A stretch of 64,000 nt of DNA, taken from IMG/VR virus record IMGVR_UViG_3300037067_001255, positions 1 to 64,000 of that record. One strand, given 5' to 3'. Below, one piece after another: positions 49,541 to 59,852 of the stretch (positions within the stretch are counted from its first letter, which is position 1; each line of letters begins with the position of its first letter). Under the pieces are notes generated by a model, which saw only the letters and a list, made by a program, of their open reading frames with translations, had not been told where the DNA came from and searched no databases. Both the position numbers and the translations under genes were made by a program. This DNA is from a virus (Duplodnaviria; Caudoviricetes).

Positions 49541-50740
49541 ATGAAAAAGAATCAAAAACAGAATCTTAACTGGCAAGATTATGAACATGCTGCAAGATCA
49601 AACATCATGCCAAAAAGATTACACGGGGAAAGAAGAGAGGTTGCCCTCCAAGCTAATCCCGATTTAGATCGTAAGCTATTAGAAGAAGAAATAAAGCTGG
49701 CAAGACATCAAAGAAGTAGACAACAGGCAATAGGTGCCCGTCTAAGTGCGGAAGAGCTACGAAGACAACATGCTTATTGGACAAGTCCCGGTAAGGGTGA
49801 CAAGATTTTAAGTTTTCCGCTTAGAATGGTTGAAGCAACCGCAATGATGATTGGACTGGGTAGTGCTAAGGCTGGTATTTCTGCTTTAATGGAAGACGAG
49901 AAGACCCGTAAAGCAATAAATGCAAAACTTGGTACTACATTCGTTAGTCCAAGTAAGAGAATAGAACAAGGAGCATTTGAAAGATTAGTAAGGCAAAAGG
50001 CAGAGGAACATCTGACTAGGATTGGTGTGGGAAAGGCCAAGCCAAAGTCGTTTGATTATAGAACTCAACTGAGAACTATTCAACCACATTTTGCATCTAA
50101 TCCTGGACTAGAAGATTGGTGGAAAGAACTTCAGGCTGCTAAAGCGGATGAAGTGGTGGACGATGCATTTAAGAAGATGTGGAAAAAGAGTATTACTATT
50201 CATCCAGTAGACTTCTCTACCGCTCCTCCTATCTATAAGGCCACAAAAATTGCAGAGAAGGTAAGTGATGCCTCTTTTAGAGATGCTGTAACAGGAAGTC
50301 CTGAGTGGTTGATTGAAAGAGACAAGGCACTTAAGAGATATGAGAATAATGCTTTTGTTAAGGCCGGAAAAAGAGGGGTAAATGTAGCATCAAGTATTGG
50401 TAATACTATTAGTGCAGCACTAGGAAATGTAGAGGCACAGAGAGGTATTGGAGAAAAGATAAGTAAGGTTCCGGGAGAAGATTTGATTGCGTTAGGAAGG
50501 AAATCTGCAAGAACAAAACTTGCATTGGGTGCTGGTGTGGCAGCAGCAGTAGTAGGTGGGGGAATAATCCTCACAAGACAAATACAAAAGAAGAGAATGG
50601 AACAAGAGTTAAAAGCACACCAAGAGCAGAGACACAGTATCTATGAACAAGCAGGTTATCAAATTGATCCTTCTAAGCGTGTAGAGAAGTCTTGGCTTAC
50701 TCGTAGAAGGAAGTATGGAGAAAGTGGTATGCATGGCTAA
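49541..50740 (+). CDS. Basic protein with glycine-rich hydrophobic helix and W.TRR..YG tail
   Basis: LALGAGVAAAVVGGGIIL; C-terminal RVEKSWLTRRRKYGESG. Confidence 0.65.
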   Translation: MKKNQKQNLNWQDYEHAARSNIMPKRLHGERREVALQANPDLDRKLLEEEIKLARHQRSRQQAIGARLSAEELRRQHAYWTSPGKGDKILSFPLRMVEATAMMIGLGSAKAGISALMEDEKTRKAINAKLGTTFVSPSKRIEQGAFERLVRQKAEEHLTRIGVGKAKPKSFDYRTQLRTIQPHFASNPGLEDWWKELQAAKADEVVDDAFKKMWKKSITIHPVDFSTAPPIYKATKIAEKVSDASFRDAVTGSPEWLIERDKALKRYENNAFVKAGKRGVNVASSIGNTISAALGNVEAQRGIGEKISKVPGEDLIALGRKSARTKLALGAGVAAAVVGGGIILTRQIQKKRMEQELKAHQEQRHSIYEQAGYQIDPSKRVEKSWLTRRRKYGESGMHG

Positions 50741-51170
50741 AGTAAGTAGATTCGGAGATATTGCTCCTCCAATTCCAATGGCAACAGCCGGGGAAGTTGA
50801 GACAAACGAGGCTGTATTACCAAAGTTGTTTATGGTAAATAAGGGTGGGGCAAAAAGAGTAGCAGCACTTAGAGAAAAGAGATTCGGTATAGCAGAAGAT
50901 CAGATGGCAGCACAAGGAAATCCAGATGATCTAATAGAAGTATCAACTACTATAGACTATGAACATACAGTAGGAAATACTAAGTACCAATACTTAGCCT
51001 TTGAGCCGATGGAAGTTCCAAGAAGTGTGGCAGCAATTCTACAAGAAGCTGGTGTACTCTTTGTTGGTGGGGCTACAGCAGCAGTAATTAAACAAGCACA
51101 GATTAACTCAATTAAGAATATTGAAGCCGCAGGTAAGTGGAGAATTCCTAAACCAATAATCGGTGGGTAA
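50733..51170 (+). CDS. Head-associated hypothetical protein
   Basis: G...Y.......VPRSVA..L.E.G pattern; structural context. Confidence 0.5.
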   Translation: MAKVSRFGDIAPPIPMATAGEVETNEAVLPKLFMVNKGGAKRVAALREKRFGIAEDQMAAQGNPDDLIEVSTTIDYEHTVGNTKYQYLAFEPMEVPRSVAAILQEAGVLFVGGATAAVIKQAQINSIKNIEAAGKWRIPKPIIGG

Positions 51171-51171
51171 T

Positions 51172-51546
51172 ATGGAAATTGCAAGAACTTTTACAGACCC
51201 CAAGACTGGTAAATCTACTAACAGGAATCAAATAGCCAGTATTGATTTGAATAGAGGCATGTCTACAGCTACTGCAATTATAGGTGGGGCAGTAGGTGTA
51301 GTAGCAGGAACTTACTTAGGAACAAAGATGGGTGGGAAGTTTAAGGGAGAAGCAGCACAAGCAGCAGTATCTACTGGTTTGGGGACATTAGGATATGATA
51401 TTGGTTCGCACGTAGGAACTTCCCAAGATGAGAGGTTTGACGAGAGATATACTCCGAGGGCAGGTGTGGGGGATCGTTACGAGAAGATGTGGATTACACG
51501 ACGGGATAGGTATGGTAAAACAGGAAGAGGGAAGAGGTCGCGGTAA
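51172..51546 (+). CDS. Glycine-zipper protein with W.TRR..YG tail
   Basis: IIGGAVGVVAGTYLG; RYEKMWITRRDRYGKTG. Confidence 0.6.
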   Translation: MEIARTFTDPKTGKSTNRNQIASIDLNRGMSTATAIIGGAVGVVAGTYLGTKMGGKFKGEAAQAAVSTGLGTLGYDIGSHVGTSQDERFDERYTPRAGVGDRYEKMWITRRDRYGKTGRGKRSR

Positions 51547-51675
51547 TAGGTGGGGCTTGCTGCGGAGTATCTAAGCGTAGTGCAGAAGCTACAAAGCAGC
51601 TATAAATCATTTATAGTTTTTCTGTGCAGGCAGGCTGTTGCCTGCAAAAAAATCACGGGGGAAATTGGACAATAT

Positions 51676-52274
51676 ATGCAGAAGGATATTAACAGTGGAT
51701 TTTCAGAATGGAAGAGGCCTAGCGTAGTAATAACACTAGTAATGTTGGCTGTGGGAATTCTTGGGGGCTACTTCAATTTACAGGGACAGGTTTGTGCATT
51801 AGAGGATAATGTAAAATCAGTAAATACCGGAATAAATGATCTTCCAGAGAAGTATATGACAAGAGAGGAAACGTCTCTGACATTTAAGGCAATTGAGAAA
51901 GAGCAGGAAAGACAAGGGAAGTTGCTGGATCAGATTGCCAATAAGTTGAACGTAATTCCAGTTAGATAGTGGTGGTACAAATAATTCACAACTTAATTAC
52001 GGGAGTAGTTCTGGTAGTATTGATACTCTTAGTTTCTGTGGCAATAGGGCAGTCTTCAGCAACCTTGATAACACAAGCAGCTATTCTTTCCTCTGAGAGT
52101 AAGATCACGTTCGGTCTGTTAGTTGTGGTAGGAACTGTAGTTGGTGGGGGAATAGGAAGTTGGATAGCACTTCGTATCCTTGTAGCAAAGTTGGAAGAGA
52201 GACTTACTATTGTATGCCAGCGGTTAGATAGACTTGAGTCTCTATTAGATAAGTTACGAAATCACGATACGTAG
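51676..52274 (+). CDS. Two membrane/coiled-coil lysis-module proteins (51676..51969, 51969..52274)
   Basis: TM helix plus coiled coil, next to holin/endolysin. Confidence 0.55.
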
Positions 52275-52283
52275 GAGGATACT

Positions 52284-52649
52284 ATGTCAGATGCATTTAC
52301 GGCGGAACAGATTGCAGCCTATTCAGTTATTCTAACTTGGGTAGTAGACTTTCTTTCAAAGCTACCAAAGGTTGGTACATATATCCAAGGAGCAGTTAAG
52401 CAGTTGGTAGCAGTAGGAGTAGGCGTGGGATATTGTCTGGCAACTGGGCTTTCTGTTTTCAATGCAACGGCTGGAATTGGTGGATCGGTGCTAACAGGTA
52501 TTCTCTTAGCAGCAATTGCGGGACTAGGCTGGTCTAAGGTAGCTAATATCCTTAGTGCTAAGAGAGAGGAGATTAACGCTAGAACAGATAATACCTATGC
52601 GAAGACAGATGAAATGGTAATCAATACCGCAAACGGAGCTAATAGATGA
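52284..52649 (+). CDS. Probable holin
   Basis: Three hydrophobic segments; overlaps endolysin start. Confidence 0.6.
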   Translation: MSDAFTAEQIAAYSVILTWVVDFLSKLPKVGTYIQGAVKQLVAVGVGVGYCLATGLSVFNATAGIGGSVLTGILLAAIAGLGWSKVANILSAKREEINARTDNTYAKTDEMVINTANGANR

Positions 52650-53257
52650 AATACCAGCTTCCTATTAGTGATTTTGAAGATTTGCCGGTGAATAATACGT
52701 TGCATGGTAGAAGTGTCTATCGGCCTTATGATGTTCCGGGGCATAATGTATTCAAAGGTTATTCTACGTGGCAAGATAATGGGCATAGAGGTGTGGGGGA
52801 CTCACTAGATTTATTCTGTAAAGGAAGAACACCTGTCTATGCAATAGAAGATTGTGAACAGATTAGACATAGTAATGATGAAAGTAGATTGGAAGTTATC
52901 TATCTTCAGGGGGCAAATTCTTTAGCGGTATATGCACATATCAACGCAGAGTATACAGGAATAGGGAGAAACTATAGTAAAGGTGATGTAGTAGGGTTGG
53001 TCAGAAGTGATCTTAATGAGCCCCATCTTCATTTTGAATTGTGGTATGATGGAAAAGCAGTCTCGGGGGAAACTCCGAGACAGTTACACAGCAAGATGTA
53101 TAAATGGTTTATAGGTGAACCGGGGCAGCAGGAGTTGGAGTTCAGAGTATTTGTAGCAGTAGATGGAAAAGACAAAGAGGTATTTCTTAGAGAAAACGGG
53201 GACCACAGAAGAGATCAGAACAGAAGAGATCAGAAGAAAATATACATGAGGTTCTAG
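52646..53257 (+). CDS. M23-family peptidase endolysin
   Basis: GHRG...SLDL, TPVYA, YAH, PHLHFELW. Confidence 0.85.
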   Translation: MKYQLPISDFEDLPVNNTLHGRSVYRPYDVPGHNVFKGYSTWQDNGHRGVGDSLDLFCKGRTPVYAIEDCEQIRHSNDESRLEVIYLQGANSLAVYAHINAEYTGIGRNYSKGDVVGLVRSDLNEPHLHFELWYDGKAVSGETPRQLHSKMYKWFIGEPGQQELEFRVFVAVDGKDKEVFLRENGDHRRDQNRRDQKKIYMRF

Positions 53258-53436
53258 ATTATGGATAATGATAGGGATGTTGTAGCTAATGAATTAAGGT
53301 CGGCTGGAATGGATGAAAAGGATATAGATGTGTTTGTAAAGCTAGTTGAGGTGGCTTCTAAGAGTTCTGGAATATCTGTGGTGGAGATTGTTAGAAGTGT
53401 TATTAGCTTAATAAGAGTCTCTAAGTAGGGATATGC

Positions 53437-53793
53437 ATGGCAGCACCAAGTATAGTTGAGGTAACACTTGAAGCCTATGAATATAACCCTCAGGGTGCCG
53501 GTCATGTAGGCTCTGGGGCAAGAACTGTTTATGTAGTATCAGTAGATGAAGGAAACATAGGTGTACAGACACACTGGGCTGCTCTTAGTGATAAAGGAAC
53601 AGGAACAAGTACAGATGCTGATGGTAAGTGGTCTTTCAAAGTACCAGCGGGGCTAAAACTAACGGTAAAGATTTTAGATAATACAACACTAAAAGCAGAG
53701 TATTACCAAGTACAGGTTCCTTCACCAGTCTCAGCAGCTACATATAACTTCTATGGGCTTCAGCCATTTAAGCTTCAGCCGAGAACTTTGTAG
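53437..53793 (+). CDS. Ig/carboxypeptidase-regulatory-like structural protein
   Basis: TSTDADGKWSFKVPAG. Confidence 0.5.
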   Translation: MAAPSIVEVTLEAYEYNPQGAGHVGSGARTVYVVSVDEGNIGVQTHWAALSDKGTGTSTDADGKWSFKVPAGLKLTVKILDNTTLKAEYYQVQVPSPVSAATYNFYGLQPFKLQPRTL

Positions 53794-53827
53794 TACCTAT
53801 AAATCATTTATAGTCTGGCTAGTTATC

Positions 53828-56045
53828 ATGTCAAATACCAAGGCCAACAACGGCAACGGGCAGATCCGCGACCCCATGCGCATAGCCACCATCCGCCGCG
53901 ACGCTGATGGCCTGCACATCACACTCCTGGCCGACCCGTCGCTGGTGCTGGACGGGACCGGCCAGCCGTTGCCGAAGTCCGCCGCTCTGGCCGCCATCCG
54001 AGCGCACATAGCGAAGGCGAGGCGAGGCGCATGACACCCGAGCAGATAGCAACCCTCCGCGCCGCTTTCGTCGGGCAGACCTGGGAGAGTGGCGCGTGGA
54101 CATGCACCGAGGTCCGCGATACCGGCTACCGCGTGATGGTGTTCGTGCGACGCCACAGCGGCAACTACCTCGACCTTGACGCGACGGGCACCGACCCAGT
54201 TGCGCTGGCGGCTACCATCGCCGCACAGGTTGCGCTGCGCGAGGCAGACATCAAGACGCGCGAGGCCGCCGAAGTCGAAGCGGCTGCGCTGGCACAGCTT
54301 GTCGGAGGGGAGGTGTAGCGCATGGCAACCTATCGGTATTGGGACCCGGTGACCGGGCACGACGACACCGGAACCGGGACGGCGGCGCTACCTTACGCCA
54401 CCCTGAACAAGGCGACCACCGGAGCCGTCGGCGGCGACGAGGCACGCCTCGCTAAAGGTCCGGCGCATACCGACCTCGGGACTGCATTGTGGACGGAAGG
54501 CAGCACGACCGTCGAGTTCACGAGCGCTCCGACACTGGTCAACGGTGACTTCATCGCCAAAACATCAGCGGGAGGGCCTGGCAGCGCAGAGACCTGTTGG
54601 GAAGTCAACACGTGCGTCGGGACGACCGTGACGCTCTACGCCACCTACCCTGGAGCGACAGGGACGGTGTCGACCAAGAAGATCGGGACCATTACCAGCG
54701 GAAGTCAGACGATGGCTGGTATCAGCGCGAGTGAGGGTAACCCCGTTGTTGTGTCGGGTGGCTGGAACCTAGCGACCGAGACGCAGGACGGGGAAAGCTG
54801 GCTTTGCAGGGTTGGTCCAAAGGACACGGCCGGTCTCGATAACAACTCGCAGGAGCACGTCAGGTTCGAGGACATTGGGTGCCTACGCCACTCCTATGGC
54901 CTGGGGTTCTACTACGGCGCCAATGCCGACGTCTCCAACATCACCTGCAATGGGTCGGCTGGCGACGGAGTACATGTGCGTCTCGTGGGCTGCGAACTGA
55001 CGGACATCGTCGCCTGTGGTAATGGGGCCTACGGTATCAACTGCTACGAGTCCTGCCGCCAGAGCAGATTCACGAGGCTGACGCTCGACAGCAACGCCAA
55101 CGGGCTGTATCTGCGCCGCGCCAAACAGAGCGTGTACTCGGATGTTACAGCACGGCGCAATACTAATGCGAATATCATGGTTGCATATACTCGCGACGCG
55201 GCAATTCGCGGAGCGACACTTGAACATAGCACCTACGGAATCTATCAAGCCTCTGGAGGGTTGGGAACCCGCAACGAGTTCACCGGGATCACCGCGACCT
55301 CCTGCACCTACGGGGTCTACATGGACGAGCAGTGCGACGATAACGTGTTCAGCGATGTTATTTTCGACTCGTGCACCACCGGCTACTACAGCATCCGCTG
55401 CCTGGGCAACGTCCTGAACAACGCCATTTTCACGGGGTGCGGGACCGACCGCAACATCGTGGCAGGGCAGGACTACGCCCAGTTCCCAAGCCTGCTGATG
55501 GAGAGCTATGGTGGTGTCGCAAATGCCCGGCGCATCTATTACGAGCACGGTATGGCGGAGTACGACACAGCCAACCAGCCGGTTGGGCTCGATGGATGCC
55601 TCGCACTCACTCCGTCCAGCGCCACCTACTACATCGGCACCTGTTTACTGGACGAAGCGTTCCCGGCCATTGCGACCGCGAGCACACAGCTTGTGCTCAG
55701 CATCCTGGCGAAGAAGTCGGTGGACTTCAACGGCGACGTGGTGCTTGAAGCCTACGTCGACGGGAAGTTGACGGACACCGTCGTGCCCACGCTGACGACC
55801 AGCTACGCCACCTACACGGTGACGGTGGCGGGCGTCGACATCCCGCGCAGCGGCCCATGCGTGGCCCTCCGCGTGCGCGTGCGAGGGACTGCGGGCAGCG
55901 TCTACCTCTCGACCTTCGGGTGGGCATAATGTCTGACAACCTCACCCTCTGGCGTAACGGCGGCCCATTCATCGCGGCTGGCATGGGCAACACTACCAGC
56001 CTGACCGCTTGGCGTAACGGCGGCCCGTTCGTGCGATTTCTGCCA
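53828..56045 (+). other. GC-rich horizontally acquired cassette (53828..54034, 54031..54318, 54322..55929, 5' part of 55929..56600)
   Basis: Abrupt switch to C/G-ending codons and CpG-rich DNA, then abrupt return near 56045. Confidence 0.85.
54322..55929 (+). CDS. Right-handed parallel beta-helix protein (putative tailspike/receptor-binding)
   Basis: YWDPVTGHD..TGT...PYATL.KA start; repeated N...YGI, N.F..I turns. Confidence 0.75.
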   Translation: MATYRYWDPVTGHDDTGTGTAALPYATLNKATTGAVGGDEARLAKGPAHTDLGTALWTEGSTTVEFTSAPTLVNGDFIAKTSAGGPGSAETCWEVNTCVGTTVTLYATYPGATGTVSTKKIGTITSGSQTMAGISASEGNPVVVSGGWNLATETQDGESWLCRVGPKDTAGLDNNSQEHVRFEDIGCLRHSYGLGFYYGANADVSNITCNGSAGDGVHVRLVGCELTDIVACGNGAYGINCYESCRQSRFTRLTLDSNANGLYLRRAKQSVYSDVTARRNTNANIMVAYTRDAAIRGATLEHSTYGIYQASGGLGTRNEFTGITATSCTYGVYMDEQCDDNVFSDVIFDSCTTGYYSIRCLGNVLNNAIFTGCGTDRNIVAGQDYAQFPSLLMESYGGVANARRIYYEHGMAEYDTANQPVGLDGCLALTPSSATYYIGTCLLDEAFPAIATASTQLVLSILAKKSVDFNGDVVLEAYVDGKLTDTVVPTLTTSYATYTVTVAGVDIPRSGPCVALRVRVRGTAGSVYLSTFGWA

Positions 56046-56600
56046 ACTGTATATATACAAGTTCTTTTAGATACTGTTCTGTTTGTGGACATAGAAGAGA
56101 ATACTACAAAGAAAGTATTATCTGATACTGTTGTATTCTCAAGTTTGGTGGAGAGAACGGGGCATAAATCACTTATAGACACATTTAATCTTTTAGATTC
56201 AATAAAGAATACTCCAGTTAAGCTGTTTTCAGACGCAGTTAACTTCTCAGCGGAAATTGTAAAATCTGGGTATAAATCATTTATAGATGCACTTATTCTT
56301 TCAGATGCAGTAAATAAGTCTGTTATTATAATATTCTCAGATGCAGTTAGTTTCTCAACAAGTCTTGTAAAGTTGGGGTATAAATCATTTATAGACTCAG
56401 TTACGTTTTCAGAGGGAGCATTTACAAGACAAGTTATTAAGAGATTAGTAGAAGCACTACATTTTTCAGATGTAGTTACTTTTATAGTAAGTAGAACTAC
56501 GTTAATCAATATAGCAGTGAAAAGTACAGCACTAAACTTACTTAGAAGATCAACAATTAACATAACAAAGAAGAGTAGTGAAATTGATATTGAGAAGTAG
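55929..56600 (+). CDS. Chimeric repeat protein
   Basis: GC-rich N-terminus with 2x WRNGGPF; AT-rich 18/36-aa K.F.D...F repeats carrying three palindrome copies 108 bp apart. Confidence 0.65.
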   Translation: MSDNLTLWRNGGPFIAAGMGNTTSLTAWRNGGPFVRFLPTVYIQVLLDTVLFVDIEENTTKKVLSDTVVFSSLVERTGHKSLIDTFNLLDSIKNTPVKLFSDAVNFSAEIVKSGYKSFIDALILSDAVNKSVIIIFSDAVSFSTSLVKLGYKSFIDSVTFSEGAFTRQVIKRLVEALHFSDVVTFIVSRTTLINIAVKSTALNLLRRSTINITKKSSEIDIEK

Positions 56601-56610
56601 GAGGACATAA

Positions 56611-57117
56611 ATGATCTATAACTTTATCAAGAGTTTGTTTGGTAGTAGAAAGAGTGGATTGGTTGAAAGTATCTCCTTTCGGGGCCACTTAAAGGTATCA
56701 CAGATACGTGGTGGAGAAGTAATAGCAACTAGAGAAGGAAAGAACTTAGTAGTAACAGTTGGTGTAGCATGGTTCATGGGTGCTCTTAGCGGTGATGTAG
56801 TAGACCCGACACTGGTAAAATATGTAGGAATGGGTACAGGGGCAGTAGCACCAATTCCTGCTAATACTGCACTAGGAAATCAGGTATGTTCAAGGGTGGA
56901 AGGAACTGCCTCAAGAACAACTACCACACTTACTAATGATACTTTCTATGTTGATGCAACAGTTCCGGCAGATAATACTTATGCAATTACAGAAGTTGGA
57001 ATATTCTCGGCAGCATCGGCGGGGACAATGCTTGCGAGAAAGACATTTGCTGCACTGAACTTAGTTAGTGGAGATAGTCTAAGAGCAGAGTGGAGTATTG
57101 TAGGTTCAGCTACTTAA
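56611..57117 (+). CDS. Tail-fiber/collar-type structural protein
   Basis: NLVVTVG, G.GTG, TALGN, ITEVGIF...GTMLAR. Confidence 0.7.
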   Translation: MIYNFIKSLFGSRKSGLVESISFRGHLKVSQIRGGEVIATREGKNLVVTVGVAWFMGALSGDVVDPTLVKYVGMGTGAVAPIPANTALGNQVCSRVEGTASRTTTTLTNDTFYVDATVPADNTYAITEVGIFSAASAGTMLARKTFAALNLVSGDSLRAEWSIVGSAT

Positions 57118-57131
57118 GGGAAGGATGAGAT

Positions 57132-58532
57132 ATGGCTACAATTGATTTCAATGTCCTTCCTTATATCAACGACTTCTCCATTCTAAAAGGTAACCCAATA
57201 GAATGGGCTATTACTGTAGATGTAGATGGTGTAGCTACTGATTTTACTGATTGTACTTTGACATACAAAGTAGAGACACAGGATAATCCTGCAGTAGTTA
57301 AGATAGATTGGACAGCAATAACACCAGATGATGCAGATGCAGGTATCTTTACGTTTAGACTGACGGCAGGACAAACAACTTCTTGGCTAGGAAAATATAG
57401 ATACTATATCAAGTGTGTTTGGCCCGTTGGTCATGCTGATTTCCCCTTGGGGGCTACAGCAACAATCATATCTGGTGAGATAAATGTATCCTCATTAACT
57501 GGTGCCGGGGTAGTCTACGCAGATAATGTACAGAGAATGATAACTGCAGTAAGAGACTTTATCGGGGATAGAGATAACAGAGAGAATGTAATAAAGATAA
57601 GATGTACAAGGTATAATGCAACAGCGGCTACACTTGATATAGCAAATGGTTCATTGGCAACCTCAGTAAGTGGTGGAACAGGTAGTGCCTTAAACCTTAT
57701 CTTAGCTAATGAATCAACCTTATATGATGTAGTAGAGAAGATGGAAGATAATGGGGACTACGAAGTAACATTTGTGGGGACAGATGGTAGCCATGATCCA
57801 AGAGACCTCCTTTCTGTTCATTCTAAGAGTATTCTTGGAACTAGGTATGTTCTCAAGACTCAACACTGGTTCTCGGACTATCAGATTTATCAGTGGATAT
57901 ATGATTGTTGTCTAAGAATACTTCAAGACTATGTTCCAGAAACATTGCGGCAGGACGATGAAGAGTTTGTTTCAATACATGCAGCATTACATGGAAGCAC
58001 TCTTCTCTTGGCGGGGGCGGCAAAATACTTTGGGGCGAGCTTTGAAGGATTTACAGCGGATAGATCAGCACTAGTAAGAAACTATGTAGAGCTATCAAGA
58101 AGTCTTAGAGAAAGACTACAAGATATTGGTCATACAATTACACAAGGAAGAATAGTACACGAGAGTAATGTAACAGGGAGACTTTCACCTTCAGCAGATG
58201 TGTATATTGTACTTCCTGTTATTGTTAGTCTTGATACAAGTACAACAACTACGGCAACAATCAAGTGGACGCAGACATTAGAGCACGATCTTTATGGATA
58301 TGAGGTTTACAGAAAGACTGGTTCGGGGGCTTATGCTCTAATAACAACGATCTATGATAGACATACTCTTGATTATGAAGATACCGGATTAGTCTCGGGG
58401 ACAACATATACATATAAGGTAAGATTGAAGACCTCTCTCTTAGTATCAAGACAGAATGCATATCCAGCACAGCCAGCAGCAAGTACCTATAAGTACATAG
58501 ACTCAAATGAACTGGAAGTAACTCTTCCTTAA
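57132..58532 (+). CDS. Multidomain virion protein (BppU-like N-terminus, connector-like middle, FN3 C-terminus)
   Basis: G.F...LTA.QT..G.Y.Y; VRDFIGD...FSD..I; W......GYEVYRK...YEDTGL.SGTTYTYKV. Confidence 0.65.
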   Translation: MATIDFNVLPYINDFSILKGNPIEWAITVDVDGVATDFTDCTLTYKVETQDNPAVVKIDWTAITPDDADAGIFTFRLTAGQTTSWLGKYRYYIKCVWPVGHADFPLGATATIISGEINVSSLTGAGVVYADNVQRMITAVRDFIGDRDNRENVIKIRCTRYNATAATLDIANGSLATSVSGGTGSALNLILANESTLYDVVEKMEDNGDYEVTFVGTDGSHDPRDLLSVHSKSILGTRYVLKTQHWFSDYQIYQWIYDCCLRILQDYVPETLRQDDEEFVSIHAALHGSTLLLAGAAKYFGASFEGFTADRSALVRNYVELSRSLRERLQDIGHTITQGRIVHESNVTGRLSPSADVYIVLPVIVSLDTSTTTTATIKWTQTLEHDLYGYEVYRKTGSGAYALITTIYDRHTLDYEDTGLVSGTTYTYKVRLKTSLLVSRQNAYPAQPAASTYKYIDSNELEVTLP

Positions 58533-58544
58533 GGACTGATTAGA

Positions 58545-58817
58545 GTGGGATTAAGGGCGGCACTAAAGAAGGATAAAGAAAATACTAAGAGGATGATTGA
58601 TCTTAAAGTGGTGGAAGCTCTAGAAGATGCTAATAAGAGAGCAATTAAAGAGGTTCCATTTTATCATCCAATTAAGAGAGCAAGGCTAGTTAAGAAGTAT
58701 CACGAGCAGGCACTTAAGGATACTGGATATGATAAGGGAGATGTCTGGCCCAATCAAGATTCTGAGTGTGGAAGAATAGAGTATAAGGGTTTTCATTCTC
58801 CTAAACAGTTTTGTTAA
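58545..58817 (+). CDS. Small protein with GDVWPN tag (1/5)
   Basis: C-terminal GDVWPNQDSECGRIEYKGFHSPKQFC. Confidence 0.7.
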   Translation: MGLRAALKKDKENTKRMIDLKVVEALEDANKRAIKEVPFYHPIKRARLVKKYHEQALKDTGYDKGDVWPNQDSECGRIEYKGFHSPKQFC

Positions 58818-58829
58818 GGATTGATAAAG

Positions 58830-59042
58830 ATGCCAAGACTAGGAAAAGCAGGAAGGGCTCCAGAAGTAAGGCCAGTAAATAGTAAACTCTTTGTTCCTTT
58901 TGCATTAGGAACGGGGGTAAGTAGATGCCCTTATTTTGGGTCTGGTCTTAGTAGATTTACTAAGTTCTCTATTGCTGCACAAGGGGCGCCAGACTCAAGG
59001 AGCGGGTATCCAATTACTCGTAATGAAGGTAGAGCCTGGTAG
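58830..59042 (+). CDS. Small basic protein
   Basis: GVSRCPYFGSGLS resembles GISRPGFGVGHS of 61899 ORF. Confidence 0.5.
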   Translation: MPRLGKAGRAPEVRPVNSKLFVPFALGTGVSRCPYFGSGLSRFTKFSIAAQGAPDSRSGYPITRNEGRAW

Positions 59043-59076
59043 ACTAAGCACTATAAATCATTTATAGGTGTAAACC

Positions 59077-59358
59077 ATGAACACATTTCCTTGGTATAAC
59101 TATAGACTTCCAAGTAGGTATGATATACCTACTAACGAAACTCTAACTAATCAGAGAGCTACGGATAGATTTCCTCTTAGACAATTTAGACCAGCAACAA
59201 GAGGAAATCCAAGTAAACTTTCTCCAAGTATTCAACAGATGGTGGTGGAAATTAGAGGGAAGTTCGATGAGGATCAGATGTTTCTCCTCCAAGGAATGTC
59301 TGCTCAAGCAGCAGCAAAAGCAATAGGGAATATTAACACGGGGAGGAGTTATATCTAA
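59077..59358 (+). CDS. Small basic protein
   Basis: AGGTG RBS next to palindrome; TAATG coupling to next gene. Confidence 0.55.
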   Translation: MNTFPWYNYRLPSRYDIPTNETLTNQRATDRFPLRQFRPATRGNPSKLSPSIQQMVVEIRGKFDEDQMFLLQGMSAQAAAKAIGNINTGRSYI

Positions 59359-59846
59359 TGGGAGTATTTTCTGGTATTGCTAATAAGGTGGTGGAAAAAG
59401 GAAAGTCTTTTGTTAATGCAGTTAAGCCTTCTACGGTTACAAAAAAGGTAGCGGGAAAAGGAAGGTCTTTCTTCGGGAATGTTGTTAAAGATATTAAGTC
59501 TTCAGTATTAGATACTGGGGTTGCTAAGAAGGCTCATGTAGAGAATATAGAAAGAATGAGAAGTGCTCATGTTACCGAGGAGACAATAAGTGCAGTAAAG
59601 AGACCACCGGGATACTTCAGAAACTATTTTACAAATACTAAAACTGGAAAGACCATAAAAAAGGGTGCCCAATATGGTGCTGTTGGGGCGTTGGCTCCTG
59701 CTTCAATAGGTGTTTCAAGGGCATTAGTGGGAGGACCTCCACCTCCTCAGTATTATGAAGGTGGTGATGTGTGGCCCAATCAAGATTTTGAATGTGCAAG
59801 GATTGAAGCTAAAGCATTCCGTGATCCTAAGACGTTTGTGGGGTAG
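59358..59846 (+). CDS. Basic protein with GDVWPN tag (2/5)
   Basis: GPPPPQYYEGGDVWPNQDFECARIEAKAFRDPKTFVG. Confidence 0.75.
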   Translation: MGVFSGIANKVVEKGKSFVNAVKPSTVTKKVAGKGRSFFGNVVKDIKSSVLDTGVAKKAHVENIERMRSAHVTEETISAVKRPPGYFRNYFTNTKTGKTIKKGAQYGAVGALAPASIGVSRALVGGPPPPQYYEGGDVWPNQDFECARIEAKAFRDPKTFVG

Positions 59847-59852
59847 ATTATT

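Noticed and set aside
53207-53235. Short tandem duplication CAGAAGAGATCAGAA at the endolysin end
   Set aside because: Simple local slippage (RRDQN/RRDQK) with no evidence of function
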